This document shows positions 31,276 through 40,466 of a stretch of DNA of 64,000 nucleotides, one piece after another. Under the pieces are notes generated by a model. It was given only the letters and a program-made list of their open reading frames with translations, was not told the origin of the DNA and ran no database searches. Position 1 is the stretch's first letter; each line of letters starts with the position of its first letter. This DNA is from Smithellaceae bacterium (GTDB taxonomy: Bacteria > Desulfobacterota > Syntrophia > Syntrophales > Smithellaceae). The stretch lies in the NCBI GenBank assembly GCA_963667845.2, contig CAXXVL010000002.1, forward strand, positions 1,248,001 to 1,312,000, written 5' to 3'. Made by a program: the position numbers and the translations under genes.

Positions 31276-31752
31276 TCAGTTCATCTCCTTGCTGCCGGAT
31301 GGAATATCTGCCAGGTTCTTTGGTTTCCTCTTTATTTCCAGAAGCCGCAGAACATCTTCCATAACCCTCTCCGCGTCGATGGTCAGAAGCAACCATTTGC
31401 CATCGTGATAAGTTGTTGCTTTGTCATATTCCTTTTGAGTGGAAGGTAACAGGATTTTTTTCATGGCTTCCACTTTTGCCCGTTCCTCTGTGCCGAAAAC
31501 CACGAGCAGGGCAAAACGGTTTTTTCCCGGGATCAACGTACAGAAGGATTTGCTTTTTTTGTATCTCAGCGACCAGCCGTGTTTCTTCCCACCATAGAGC
31601 CATTCCGGCATAAAGATACCCGGATAACGTTCTTCAATCAACTGCATGACCTGCTTCCAGTATCGAAAAGCCTTTTCCCCGAGCCACATCGCAACCTCGA
31701 CCTCAGTCGGCGGATGATCCGGTTGTATTATTCGGATACTTGTTTCGGTCAT
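31276..31752 (-). CDS. DUF3788-like protein
   Basis: EW.YGGKKHGWSLRYKK.KSFCTL.P and YHDGKWL. Start at ATG 31752, after AGGAGG. Confidence 0.8.
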   Translation of the reverse strand: MTETSIRIIQPDHPPTEVEVAMWLGEKAFRYWKQVMQLIEERYPGIFMPEWLYGGKKHGWSLRYKKSKSFCTLIPGKNRFALLVVFGTEERAKVEAMKKILLPSTQKEYDKATTYHDGKWLLLTIDAERVMEDVLRLLEIKRKPKNLADIPSGSKEMN

Positions 31753-31810
31753 AACGCCCTCCTGACTGACATAAAGGTTATCACGCCATCCAATCGACTC
31801 GACAGCTGTT

Positions 31811-32500
31811 TTATTCAATTCTGTCGTGCTTTTGCAGATTGTGTTTTCCGCAAAGCAACTGAACGTTATCAGGAGTGTTGGATGAGCCACCTTTCGACCA
31901 GGGAATAATATGATCAAAGTGCAAGTCTTCAATAGCTCCACACTTTGTGCACTTACCACCGTCTCTTTGCCAGACCTCCAATTTCACTGCAGTTGGAATA
32001 ATCCTTCGCACTTTTGAATGCTCAGGAACTGGAACCGAAAAGTCTTCTTCGCCTTCAACAGCAATAAGCTTAAACTTGAGAACGTTCCCTCCGTTACTCT
32101 GTTCTTGCCATGAATCTACTAAGTGAAAGACGCCGTTGTATGACCCTATTCCTTGCTTCAGCTTTTCGTAGACCCGGATTCTTTCAGGAGGTCTGCGACC
32201 GGTCTTATGCTCCTGGGCTACAAGATGAAACTTCCCATTTTCAGTGCGGTTTCCGGATGGCGAGAATTCTGGTTGATCGATTACCTTCGGATTTTGGATC
32301 TGAGGTGAACGAGGTATATCATGTCCTTCATAAACAATAGTCGAGCCATCGTCTTCAAACCTGTCAGCATAAGGCGAGCCTGGCCGAACAGACATGAGTA
32401 TAACCGAATGGTTTCTGCCAAGTCCAAAGTTCATGCCGCGCTGAAGGCTCACGCCTTCTCGTCTGCACATCTCTATATATGGGATGATCTCATTTTCCAT
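31811..32500 (-). CDS. SRA-like domain + HNH endonuclease
   Basis: C-terminal RDGGKCTKCG..DHIIPWSKGG...N.QLLC..HN. The N-terminus has SRA-type motifs (SVIL, Y.D..EDDG.TIVYEG, DQ, GN, YNGVF.L..SW, V.KFKL). Start at ATG 32500. Confidence 0.8.
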   Translation of the reverse strand: MENEIIPYIEMCRREGVSLQRGMNFGLGRNHSVILMSVRPGSPYADRFEDDGSTIVYEGHDIPRSPQIQNPKVIDQPEFSPSGNRTENGKFHLVAQEHKTGRRPPERIRVYEKLKQGIGSYNGVFHLVDSWQEQSNGGNVLKFKLIAVEGEEDFSVPVPEHSKVRRIIPTAVKLEVWQRDGGKCTKCGAIEDLHFDHIIPWSKGGSSNTPDNVQLLCGKHNLQKHDRIE

Positions 32501-32585
32501 GTGACATTCCAGGCAATAATTAATATACTTATAAGGTATTTCCCCAATTAAACCAAGACACCTCCAACCTTTTCCATCTATCCCG

Positions 32586-32642
32586 CGGCTTCGTAAAATA
32601 CCCTCAAGGGCACGCGAGCTCCAAATACAAGGCGCGCAAGCC
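32586..32642 (-). repeat. Partial copy (one end) of the MITE-like repeat
   Basis: CGGCTTCGTAAAA...CCAAATACAAGGCGCGCAAGCC is the reverse complement of the right arm of the 42087-42211 element, with a short extra segment. Confidence 0.6.
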
Positions 32643-32675
32643 ACCTATTAGCCTGACAGCCTACAGTCTAATAGC

Positions 32676-33968
32676 CTATATTTTCTTCCCATACTCCGGA
32701 TCGATCTTCACCAGTGCCGCCACGATAAATCCGGGGATCGTTGTTATTAATATCCAGTAATAGAAATTGATATAGCCCAGTTTTTCCTGAATCCAGCCGC
32801 TCGACATGGCGGGCAGCATCATCCCGAGCGCCATGATGCCGGTGCCGATGGCGTAAAAGACGGTCTTGTATTCTCCCTGAGAAACCATGATCATATACAT
32901 GGTGTAGGCCGTGAACCCGAAGCCGTAGCCGAATTGTTCAAACGCCACGGCCGATCCGATGAGCCATAGACTCTCCGGTTGGGCGTGCGACAGGTAAACG
33001 AAGATCAGATCCGGGATATGCATGATGATCACCATCGGCCACAGCCAGAATTTCAGGCCGTTGCGGTAAATAACATAACCTCCCAGCAGACCGCCCAGCA
33101 TGAGCGCTACAACGCCGACGGTGCCGTAGATCCAGCCGACCTGCGCCGTCGAAATCCCCAGGCCTCCCGCCGCTCGGGAATCGAGCAGAAACGGCGCAAC
33201 CATTTTCACCAGTTGTGCTTCGGCAAAACGGTAAAATAAAAAGAAACAAATGATGATGACAATGTTTTTTTGCCGGAAGAACAGCGTCAAAATGCGGAAG
33301 TATTCATGAACCGGGTTTTTCCCTTTTTCCAGGGGCGCGTTGTGGTCGGACGGCGGATAGGGCAGGACAAAAAAATGGTAAAGGCACAGGGCCAGGAAGA
33401 CTGCGCCGGCAACCAGAAAAGTGATCGACCAGGCGGAGGCGACCGGATAGCCATGCTGCTGCAAAACGCCCGCTCCGACAACCAGCCCGCCCTTGGACGC
33501 GATGGTGGCGACGCGGTAGAACACCGTGCGTACGCCGACGAAGGCCGCCTGTTCCGGTGTCGAAAGCCCCAGCATATAAAAGCCGTCGGCTGCGATATCG
33601 TGCGTGGCTGAAGAAAAAGCCATAATCCAGAACATCGCCAGCGTATAGCGGACGAAATCCGTTGCGGGTAGCGTCAGTGCCACTGAGGCAAACGATGCGC
33701 CGATGGCGAGCTGCATCAGAACAATCCAGAAGCGTTTCGTGCGGAACAAATCGACAAACGGGCTCCACAGCGGTTTGATGACCCAGGGAAGATAAAGCCA
33801 GCTGGTGTAGAGAGCGATTTCGGCATTGGAGAGTCCCAGGTTCTTATAGAGGACGACGCTGACGGTCATGGCGATCATATAGGGAACGCCTTCAGCAATG
33901 TAGACGGATGGCACCCAGAGCCAGGGGTTGCGGGTTTTGGCGGCTGTTTTTTCGTTAGAAGTCGACAT
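32676..33968 (-). CDS. AmpG-like MFS permease (muropeptide transporter family)
   Basis: AEGVPY, PWVIKPLWSPFVD and SATHDIAADG; about 12 TMs. Confidence 0.85.
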   Translation of the reverse strand: MSTSNEKTAAKTRNPWLWVPSVYIAEGVPYMIAMTVSVVLYKNLGLSNAEIALYTSWLYLPWVIKPLWSPFVDLFRTKRFWIVLMQLAIGASFASVALTLPATDFVRYTLAMFWIMAFSSATHDIAADGFYMLGLSTPEQAAFVGVRTVFYRVATIASKGGLVVGAGVLQQHGYPVASAWSITFLVAGAVFLALCLYHFFVLPYPPSDHNAPLEKGKNPVHEYFRILTLFFRQKNIVIIICFFLFYRFAEAQLVKMVAPFLLDSRAAGGLGISTAQVGWIYGTVGVVALMLGGLLGGYVIYRNGLKFWLWPMVIIMHIPDLIFVYLSHAQPESLWLIGSAVAFEQFGYGFGFTAYTMYMIMVSQGEYKTVFYAIGTGIMALGMMLPAMSSGWIQEKLGYINFYYWILITTIPGFIVAALVKIDPEYGKKI

Positions 33969-33981
33969 GAAGTTCCTTTAG

Positions 33982-34411
33982 TTAGTTCTTACACCCGTTT
34001 TTCAGTTCATCATTAATGAACCATACTTTGATTTTATAGTAATGGCAAAGCCATGTCACGTACTTCAATTTTTCCCGGTCCCCGGGTTGCTGCAGGATAA
34101 AGAAAGCGACCGCCGGCTTCTTACCGGTCTCTTTGGCATAGTGGAGGGCCTTGCCGATGGCCTCGTGAAAATTATTCGGGCTGTCCACTTCAATGGCATA
34201 ATCGCCGGTAAGCAGATCAATCCGGCCGTATTTCACGGGCACTTCCATCTGAGCCTTACCGCGGAAACAGGCGTCATTGAATGCGCGCTGATAATCCTTT
34301 TCCGTTCGCCCAGACCTGCTGCTGCGAGGCGCCGCAGGCGGCAACAAGAATGACCATAACGGACATGAATACGGCCCGGAGGGTTTTCTTTACCGGCAGG
34401 TTGAGGTTCAA
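33982..34411 (-). pseudogene. Frameshifted lipoprotein with a restriction-endonuclease-like fold
   Basis: The signal peptide/lipobox (VMVILVAA-CG) is in one frame and the domain TEKDYQ...GRIDLL..YAIEVD..EAIGKALHY in the next frame. The shift lies near 34305-34335. Confidence 0.55.
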
Positions 34412-35793
34412 TACAGCTTCCTCAACGTCGCGCCCGCGAAATAGTGCGCCAAAATATCCTCGGCTCTGTCCCCCCGGACGGCCATCACCGCGGCGCCGAT
34501 CTGGCAGAGGCCGACGCCATGTCCCCACCCGCCACCCTCGATTGTAAACCGGGAAATGACACCTCCTGCCTCGCGCTCTGTAGAAATGATGAACGCACTG
34601 GAAAGCAAATGCGTATGCGAAAGCCAGCGGCGGATTTCAAGCTCCTTGCCGACAATCACCGTGCGGCGCGATCCCTCAATCTTCAGACGATAGATTCTTC
34701 CCGACGGGCCGCGCGCCAGCGGTTCAAGCGTTCTGAGCTCACCGAAATCGATGCCTGATTTCGCTTTAAGAATTGCCTCCAGCTCTTCGCGTGAATACTC
34801 CACCCGCCAGCGATAAAAATGCAGCGTCTCCAGATCAAACGCGGGCAGCATCCGTTTCAGGATGTCCCGGTCGGCTGTATTGCAGTAGGCGGGAGGCGAT
34901 GAGCCAAGCCAGCGGCCGGCGTCTTCCTCTGTAAGAATCGGTTCATGCCGTTCATCATCATCGGTGATGCTCGACAGATAGGGGAAGGAAGCATCTTCCC
35001 AGGCCGTCGCAAAAACATCCGTTTGTCCGCCGCAGCATTTGTAGTAGCGCGCGTCGCAGATCCTGTCGTCATGCGTCAAAAATATTCCGTGCGTCGTATC
35101 GATCGCTTCCCGGACGCCCTCCGAGATGATTCTGGTTATGCCCTGGTAGCGCTGGCAGTGATCATCGGCGCAGACATCAAAACCGCGATGATCGTTAACA
35201 TCCTGCCAGACCAGAACCTCATCTTTCCTTTGCTGCGGGATGAGCCGCGGGGAGGCCTTTTTGGCAAGCATGGCGACAAGCCAGCTGCGCGCCGTTATCG
35301 CCTGCGCCTTGAGAAACTCCAGGGGAGCGTCTGCCGACATTTCCGATGAGATCACCGAAGCAAGGTAGTCTTCGAGGGAAATAATATTGATGAGATTGAA
35401 AGTGGACGCGCTTTGCGGTGCAAGGAGCACTGCACCGTGAAAGGACTGTTCCTGCAGCCTCTGCCAGTGAAAATCGATGCCGATTTTTACATCGCGGACG
35501 GTAAAGATGTTTTTGCCGGACGTAACGGGCGAGAGCAGAATTTCTTTCTCGCGGAGAATCTCCCGGCCGCCGGAATCACAGAGAATCACCTGCCCGTTTG
35601 CCGCACGGGCTCGCAATTCACCGGTTACAGTGCGGCCGTAAGCCCCGGAAAAAGTGCCTTCCAACCGCAGGCATGCTTCCGGTGAATTTTGCAGCAGCGC
35701 CACTTTAATTTTTGGTTCGCTATCGATCATTTTGGTCATCCGTGCGGTTTGAGAAGTCACTGGTTTTTTAGAAGCAATATCAGGATAAGTCAA
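34408..35793 (-). CDS. SpoIID/LytB domain protein (lytic transglycosylase-like)
   Basis: LEDYLASVISSEM, LKAQAITARS, DVCADDHCQRYQG and GWGHGVGLCQIGA. Alternative ATG starts at 35739/35730. Confidence 0.9.
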   Translation of the reverse strand: MTYPDIASKKPVTSQTARMTKMIDSEPKIKVALLQNSPEACLRLEGTFSGAYGRTVTGELRARAANGQVILCDSGGREILREKEILLSPVTSGKNIFTVRDVKIGIDFHWQRLQEQSFHGAVLLAPQSASTFNLINIISLEDYLASVISSEMSADAPLEFLKAQAITARSWLVAMLAKKASPRLIPQQRKDEVLVWQDVNDHRGFDVCADDHCQRYQGITRIISEGVREAIDTTHGIFLTHDDRICDARYYKCCGGQTDVFATAWEDASFPYLSSITDDDERHEPILTEEDAGRWLGSSPPAYCNTADRDILKRMLPAFDLETLHFYRWRVEYSREELEAILKAKSGIDFGELRTLEPLARGPSGRIYRLKIEGSRRTVIVGKELEIRRWLSHTHLLSSAFIISTEREAGGVISRFTIEGGGWGHGVGLCQIGAAVMAVRGDRAEDILAHYFAGATLRKLY

Positions 35794-35957
35794 GAAGGTT
35801 ATCGCCTCGTGCCCGGTTGGTTTTCGGGAGAGTCCTTTTCGACGCTGCCGGATTTGTGTCCTTGATCACGAAAGTATCACTAACAATGAACTTATCGCTT
35901 GAATATTAATAATTTATCATGTATAGACACAAAAAAATAGCAGCGGATATTGTACGT

Positions 35958-36878
35958 ATGGCACTTGTCTGGCCAATTGGGGGAGGGAAAGGCGGTTCCG
36001 GGAAAAGCTTCTTAACCAGTTCCTTGGGACGGCTTTCCGCGGAATTGGGCAAGAAGACCCTCATGATTGATCTCGACCTCGGCGCGGCCAATCTGCATAC
36101 ACTGGTCGGTGTTCCCTGTCCTGAGCGCGGGTTTTCCGATTTCATCCGGAAAAAAGTTTCTCACCTGGAAGAGACGGTCGTTGAAACGCCGTTTGCCAAC
36201 CTTTTTCTGATCAGCGGCGCTCAGGATAATTTCGATATCGCCAATTTACCCTACGAACAGAAAATCAAGACACTGCGCGCCATCACTAAACTGGATTATG
36301 ACCGCATCCTGATCGATCTGGGCGCCGGCACCTCTTTCAATACGCTCGATTTCTTCCTGATCTCCCAAAACGGCATTTTTATTACTACGCCGGAACCCAC
36401 GTCTATTGAAAATGTCTATCGGCTGATCCGCTCGCTTTACTTCCGCCAGATCCGTTACTGCTTCAATGCAACGGATTTCAAAACGCTGGAATTGGAAACA
36501 GACCGCTTATTCGGCGACGGGGCTGTCAATAAGCCTGAATGCATGATGAAAGCTATTGGCGCTGCCTATCCCGAGAAGTTCAGGCAACTGCATGAAGATT
36601 TCAACGCATTTCGATTCAAACTGATCATCAATCAGGTGCGCAAGCATGACAATGCGGCCCTGGGACTGCAGATTTGCAGGATGATCGAGAAGCACCTGGG
36701 ACTGCATGTCGAGTTTGCGGGGAACGTCGCGTATGACGACCACGTCCACGATGCGATTTGTCAGCAAGTTTTCTTCCTGGAGCGTTATCCTTACACCAAA
36801 ACCGCCTGTGATTTGCGCGATGTGGGCAGACAAATGGTTCAATCGGCGGGCCAGCAACTGATATTCAATTACATGTGA
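35958..36878 (+). CDS. FlhG/MinD-like P-loop ATPase
   Basis: Deviant Walker A GKGGSGKS, DLDLGAANLH, IDLGAG and TPEPTSIEN.Y. Confidence 0.85.
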   Translation: MALVWPIGGGKGGSGKSFLTSSLGRLSAELGKKTLMIDLDLGAANLHTLVGVPCPERGFSDFIRKKVSHLEETVVETPFANLFLISGAQDNFDIANLPYEQKIKTLRAITKLDYDRILIDLGAGTSFNTLDFFLISQNGIFITTPEPTSIENVYRLIRSLYFRQIRYCFNATDFKTLELETDRLFGDGAVNKPECMMKAIGAAYPEKFRQLHEDFNAFRFKLIINQVRKHDNAALGLQICRMIEKHLGLHVEFAGNVAYDDHVHDAICQQVFFLERYPYTKTACDLRDVGRQMVQSAGQQLIFNYM

Positions 36879-36925
36879 CGAAAACTTGGAGCGCGGACCC
36901 GGAACGATCGAAGGAGTCTTTTTGA

Positions 36926-37603
36926 ATGTCTAAAAGTTTTGCCGCGATGAATTACTACGAGATGCTGGATATCAAGCCGGAGGCGACGGCGTTTGAGATT
37001 CGCCACGCTTTCAACGCCGCGCAGCAGTTATATCAACCGGGAGCGCTCGCGAGCTATTCTCTGTTTTCGGGGGATGAAAGACAGGAAATCCTTTCCCTGA
37101 TCGAAAAAGCATTCGCAACCCTGATCAATGAACAGACCAGGAAAGACTATGATGGAGAACTGGTCTTGCGGGGAGAAATCGAGGCGAAACAGGAGACAGC
37201 TGTTGCCGCCAAAAAGCCGGTGAGTATTTTCGATATCAGCCGCGGTCATGCGGTGAGGCCTGCGTCATCGAACCATGATGCATTGAAGAGCCGGATCGGC
37301 CAGAGCGCGATCATCGCCGACATCCTGGCTCGCGGAGAAATGTCCGGGGCGGACCTGAAAACCATCCGCACGGAGCTCGGTGTGATGATCGAGCAAATCG
37401 CGCAGGAGACGAAGATCCGGCACGATCATCTGCGCAGCATGGAAGAAGATCACCTTGTCCGTCTGCCGGCAACCGTTTTCCTGAAGGGGTTTATCAAATC
37501 CTATCTGAAGTGTCTGTGCCTGGAGCCGGTGGAGGAACTGAGCACCCGCTACATGAATACCGTCGCCCGTCTGTCGCAAAAAAGCCGGGACGCGCGGTGC
37601 TGA
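36926..37603 (+). CDS. J-domain-like + RodZ-type HTH protein
   Basis: NYYEML.I, AF.TL....RKDYD, and a C-terminal HTH ending in LP..VFLKGFIKSY. Confidence 0.75.
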   Translation: MSKSFAAMNYYEMLDIKPEATAFEIRHAFNAAQQLYQPGALASYSLFSGDERQEILSLIEKAFATLINEQTRKDYDGELVLRGEIEAKQETAVAAKKPVSIFDISRGHAVRPASSNHDALKSRIGQSAIIADILARGEMSGADLKTIRTELGVMIEQIAQETKIRHDHLRSMEEDHLVRLPATVFLKGFIKSYLKCLCLEPVEELSTRYMNTVARLSQKSRDARC

Positions 37604-37747
37604 TGCAAGCGCGAAATGGCCGCAAAATATTGAACCGTTATTGTCAGGCGTTTTGGCGTCCGCCGGTGAAAGAAAAACCACTCGTGCGGGCGATGTAATT
37701 TCCTTTTATTTTTGTCGACGTCGAGGGGCGTCGTGTAAGGAGGGGCA

Positions 37748-38413
37748 ATGGAAACCGATACTATTAAGACGGCGCAAGGCGACCTGGTGATCAGCTTTTT
37801 GGGTCACAGTTCATTAATGATGTCCTGGGGCGGCAAAATCATTCATTCGGACCCTGTCTCGAGTGAGGCGGATTATCCGAAGTTGCCCAAGGCGGATGTT
37901 CTGCTGATCAGCCATGATCATTATGATCACCTGGATCTGAAAGCTGTGGCCGACATTAAGAGAGCCGCAACAAAGATTGTCGGCAATGCCGATGTGGGAA
38001 AACAAGTTCAGGGAACGATCGTTATGAAAAACGGCGATACGCAAACCGTTGACGGGCTCAAGATCGAAGCCGTGCCGGCGTATAATATCAAGCATATGAT
38101 GGCACCGGGAAAACCGTTTCATCCGAAAGGCGTCGGGAACGGCTACGTTGTGACCATCGGCGACAAGCGGATCTATCTGGCCGGGGATACGGAAAACATC
38201 CCGGAGATGAGAGCGCTTAAAAATATCGATATCGCCTTCCTGCCCATGAACCTGCCCTATACCATGACTCCGGAGATGGTCGCCGACGCGGCCAAAATGT
38301 TTCAGCCCAAGATATTGTATCCCTACCACCAGGGCGAGACGGAGACGGCAAAGATTGTCTCCCTGCTCAAGAATGAAAAGGGCATCGAGGTGCGCATCCG
38401 GAAGATGAAGTAA
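37748..38413 (+). CDS. MBL-fold metallo-hydrolase
   Basis: SHDHYDH, AVPAYN, HPKG.GNGY and AGDT. Confidence 0.9.
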   Translation: METDTIKTAQGDLVISFLGHSSLMMSWGGKIIHSDPVSSEADYPKLPKADVLLISHDHYDHLDLKAVADIKRAATKIVGNADVGKQVQGTIVMKNGDTQTVDGLKIEAVPAYNIKHMMAPGKPFHPKGVGNGYVVTIGDKRIYLAGDTENIPEMRALKNIDIAFLPMNLPYTMTPEMVADAAKMFQPKILYPYHQGETETAKIVSLLKNEKGIEVRIRKMK

Positions 38414-38618
38414 AGAGTTGGAGCGTCGGGGACTGTCTGCCCGACCGCTGCATTGAACTGCGTCGAAGCGGCATTGCGACGCGTGTCTCTCAAGGTAAGG
38501 AGCACGGCGATCGAAGCAAAAATATCATGAGTTGCCGCGGGCCGAGACGCCGGTTGCCGGAAGATGCATAATGAAAGTTACGAAACAAGGTCATTCCTAT
38601 CGTGAATGGCCTTGTTTA

Positions 38619-39041
38619 TTATAATGCCTTCGCTCTCTCCAGGAGTGCGATATCGTCCGGATCGGTGTGGTCAAGAATTATGCCGTGCGGCAGAGGCTTG
38701 CCCTGCAAATCCACGTGGACGAAACTTAAGAAACTGTCCAGACACATCTGATTGCTGACGTTGTCCTGCACGCTCACATAAGAGACCAGGCGCGTCCTTG
38801 CCGCCATGACGACTTTGCTTTCCAGACGGATGATCTGCCCGTTCCGTACAGGCTTTTTGAAAAGCAAACCGTGCACGTTGATGCAGACGATATTTTCGGG
38901 ATGCGTGAGGCTGGCGGCCGCGATGAAACCCGCTTCCACAACCCACATCGCGGTCTTCCCGGCAAATAGGGTGCCGTGATGGTTCAAATCTTCACTCTTC
39001 ACCATCCTGCAAATGCAGTGCGTCTTCAGTTTCATAGGCAT
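38619..39041 (-). CDS. Acyl-CoA thioesterase (hotdog fold)
   Basis: DLNHHGTLFAG, F.KPV and FV.VD..GKP. Confidence 0.85.
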   Translation of the reverse strand: MPMKLKTHCICRMVKSEDLNHHGTLFAGKTAMWVVEAGFIAAASLTHPENIVCINVHGLLFKKPVRNGQIIRLESKVVMAARTRLVSYVSVQDNVSNQMCLDSFLSFVHVDLQGKPLPHGIILDHTDPDDIALLERAKAL

Positions 39042-39266
39042 TCCTCCTTGATTTTTTCACCCGTAGAGAAGACGTGTAAATGGGGTCATCTTTACTCTTA
39101 CATTTTACTTAAATTATTTTGAATCTGACTTAATTTTCGCCTATTGCGGTTCTTTCTGCATTTTTTGCCGCAATCTTTTTCGTGCCCGTCTTACCACACT
39201 ATAATCAATACCACACAGAAGCCTTCCAATCTCCGGCTGATTTACCTTACAGAAACGATAAAGTAC

Positions 39267-40466
39267 TTACCGATGGTAAAGAATGACCAACCCTTGATTA
39301 TAATCCGCAACGGCGATATCTCTGCGGCCATCGCTATTGATATCACCGACTGCCAGACCGTGGGGATTGTAGTGAGACGCATCCGGGATATCATACAAAT
39401 TCTCAGCCTGAAGGCCGCTGGCGTTTTGTAAATAAACCCCGGCCTTCAGCCACCCGCCGTGGAGGACAATGACCTCTGCTCGGCCGTCGCCGGTCAGATC
39501 CGCAATGCGCACGGGTTCAGGGATATCGTAAGAATTGTAACTCACCACTGGTTCCAGTGTCCCCGAAGCGTTCTGGGTGAAAACGCCAATCTTTGAATTA
39601 GGCCGGTTGCCGCCATACGTTACCACAACGTCGTTTAAATGGTCGCCGTTCACGTCGCCAACGGCGACGCCGTGTGTGAGAATGTTGCCGCCAACGCTGT
39701 AGTAAGCGGGATTATCAAACGTGCCGTCGTTCTTCTGGATCAAAATGCCAAGATTCGGGACAAGCAATTGACCGCTCATGACAACAATATCCGTCAATCC
39801 GTCGTTATTGACATCGCCGACATCGAGATCGTCGTAGCCGCCATGGGTTACAGTATAGATAATGGCAGGTTCCAGTGTGCCGCCATTATTTTGCAGCCAG
39901 ACACTGGCCGTGTTCGTTCCCCATCCGATCCCGACGACATCCAGGATGCCGTCATTGTTCAAATCGGCTATCTTGATTTTATTGGAATCAGCGGACGCAT
40001 ACACGACGTCGGCGTTAAGGGCGCCCGAACCATTTTGTGAAAAAACTTCGATCCCGAATCCGGAGTAGCCGATAACGACATCGTTTCTGCCGTCATTGTT
40101 TATATCGCCGATGGCCACCGTCGACGGCCGGCGAGTATAGCTTGCGCTGGTTGCGTACTTGACGGGCGCGGCCAGTGTCCCGTCGGCATTCTGGAGAAAA
40201 ACGAATATCTTGTAATCATTAACAGGATCACCGGAATACCAGGTTGTCATAACGACGTCATTTCTTCCGTCATTGTTGACATCGCCAATCGCGATGGCTT
40301 CCGGATATGAGCCGGTGGCCACAATCGTATAATTTTGGAAAATATTTGTGTTATCTATAAAAACAAAGCCATCTCCGCCGCCACCGCAGGCACTGAATAA
40401 TGCAAAAGACGCCGAGATGATGAATATTAAAAATAACTGCTTGATTTTTACCTCATAAATCTTCAT
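39267..40466 (-). CDS. FG-GAP/VCBS repeat lipoprotein (beta-propeller)
   Basis: Lipobox FSA-C and seven D(V/I/L)xxDxxxD-type repeats. Start at ATG 40466, after GGAGG. Confidence 0.85.
   Translation of the reverse strand: MKIYEVKIKQLFLIFIISASFALFSACGGGGDGFVFIDNTNIFQNYTIVATGSYPEAIAIGDVNNDGRNDVVMTTWYSGDPVNDYKIFVFLQNADGTLAAPVKYATSASYTRRPSTVAIGDINNDGRNDVVIGYSGFGIEVFSQNGSGALNADVVYASADSNKIKIADLNNDGILDVVGIGWGTNTASVWLQNNGGTLEPAIIYTVTHGGYDDLDVGDVNNDGLTDIVVMSGQLLVPNLGILIQKNDGTFDNPAYYSVGGNILTHGVAVGDVNGDHLNDVVVTYGGNRPNSKIGVFTQNASGTLEPVVSYNSYDIPEPVRIADLTGDGRAEVIVLHGGWLKAGVYLQNASGLQAENLYDIPDASHYNPHGLAVGDINSDGRRDIAVADYNQGLVILYHR

Noticed and set aside
39267..40350. Recurring DNA motifs that might be a CRISPR-like or DGR repeat
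   Set aside because: They are degenerate coding repeats of FG-GAP blades. There are no constant repeats with spacers and no cas or RT gene.
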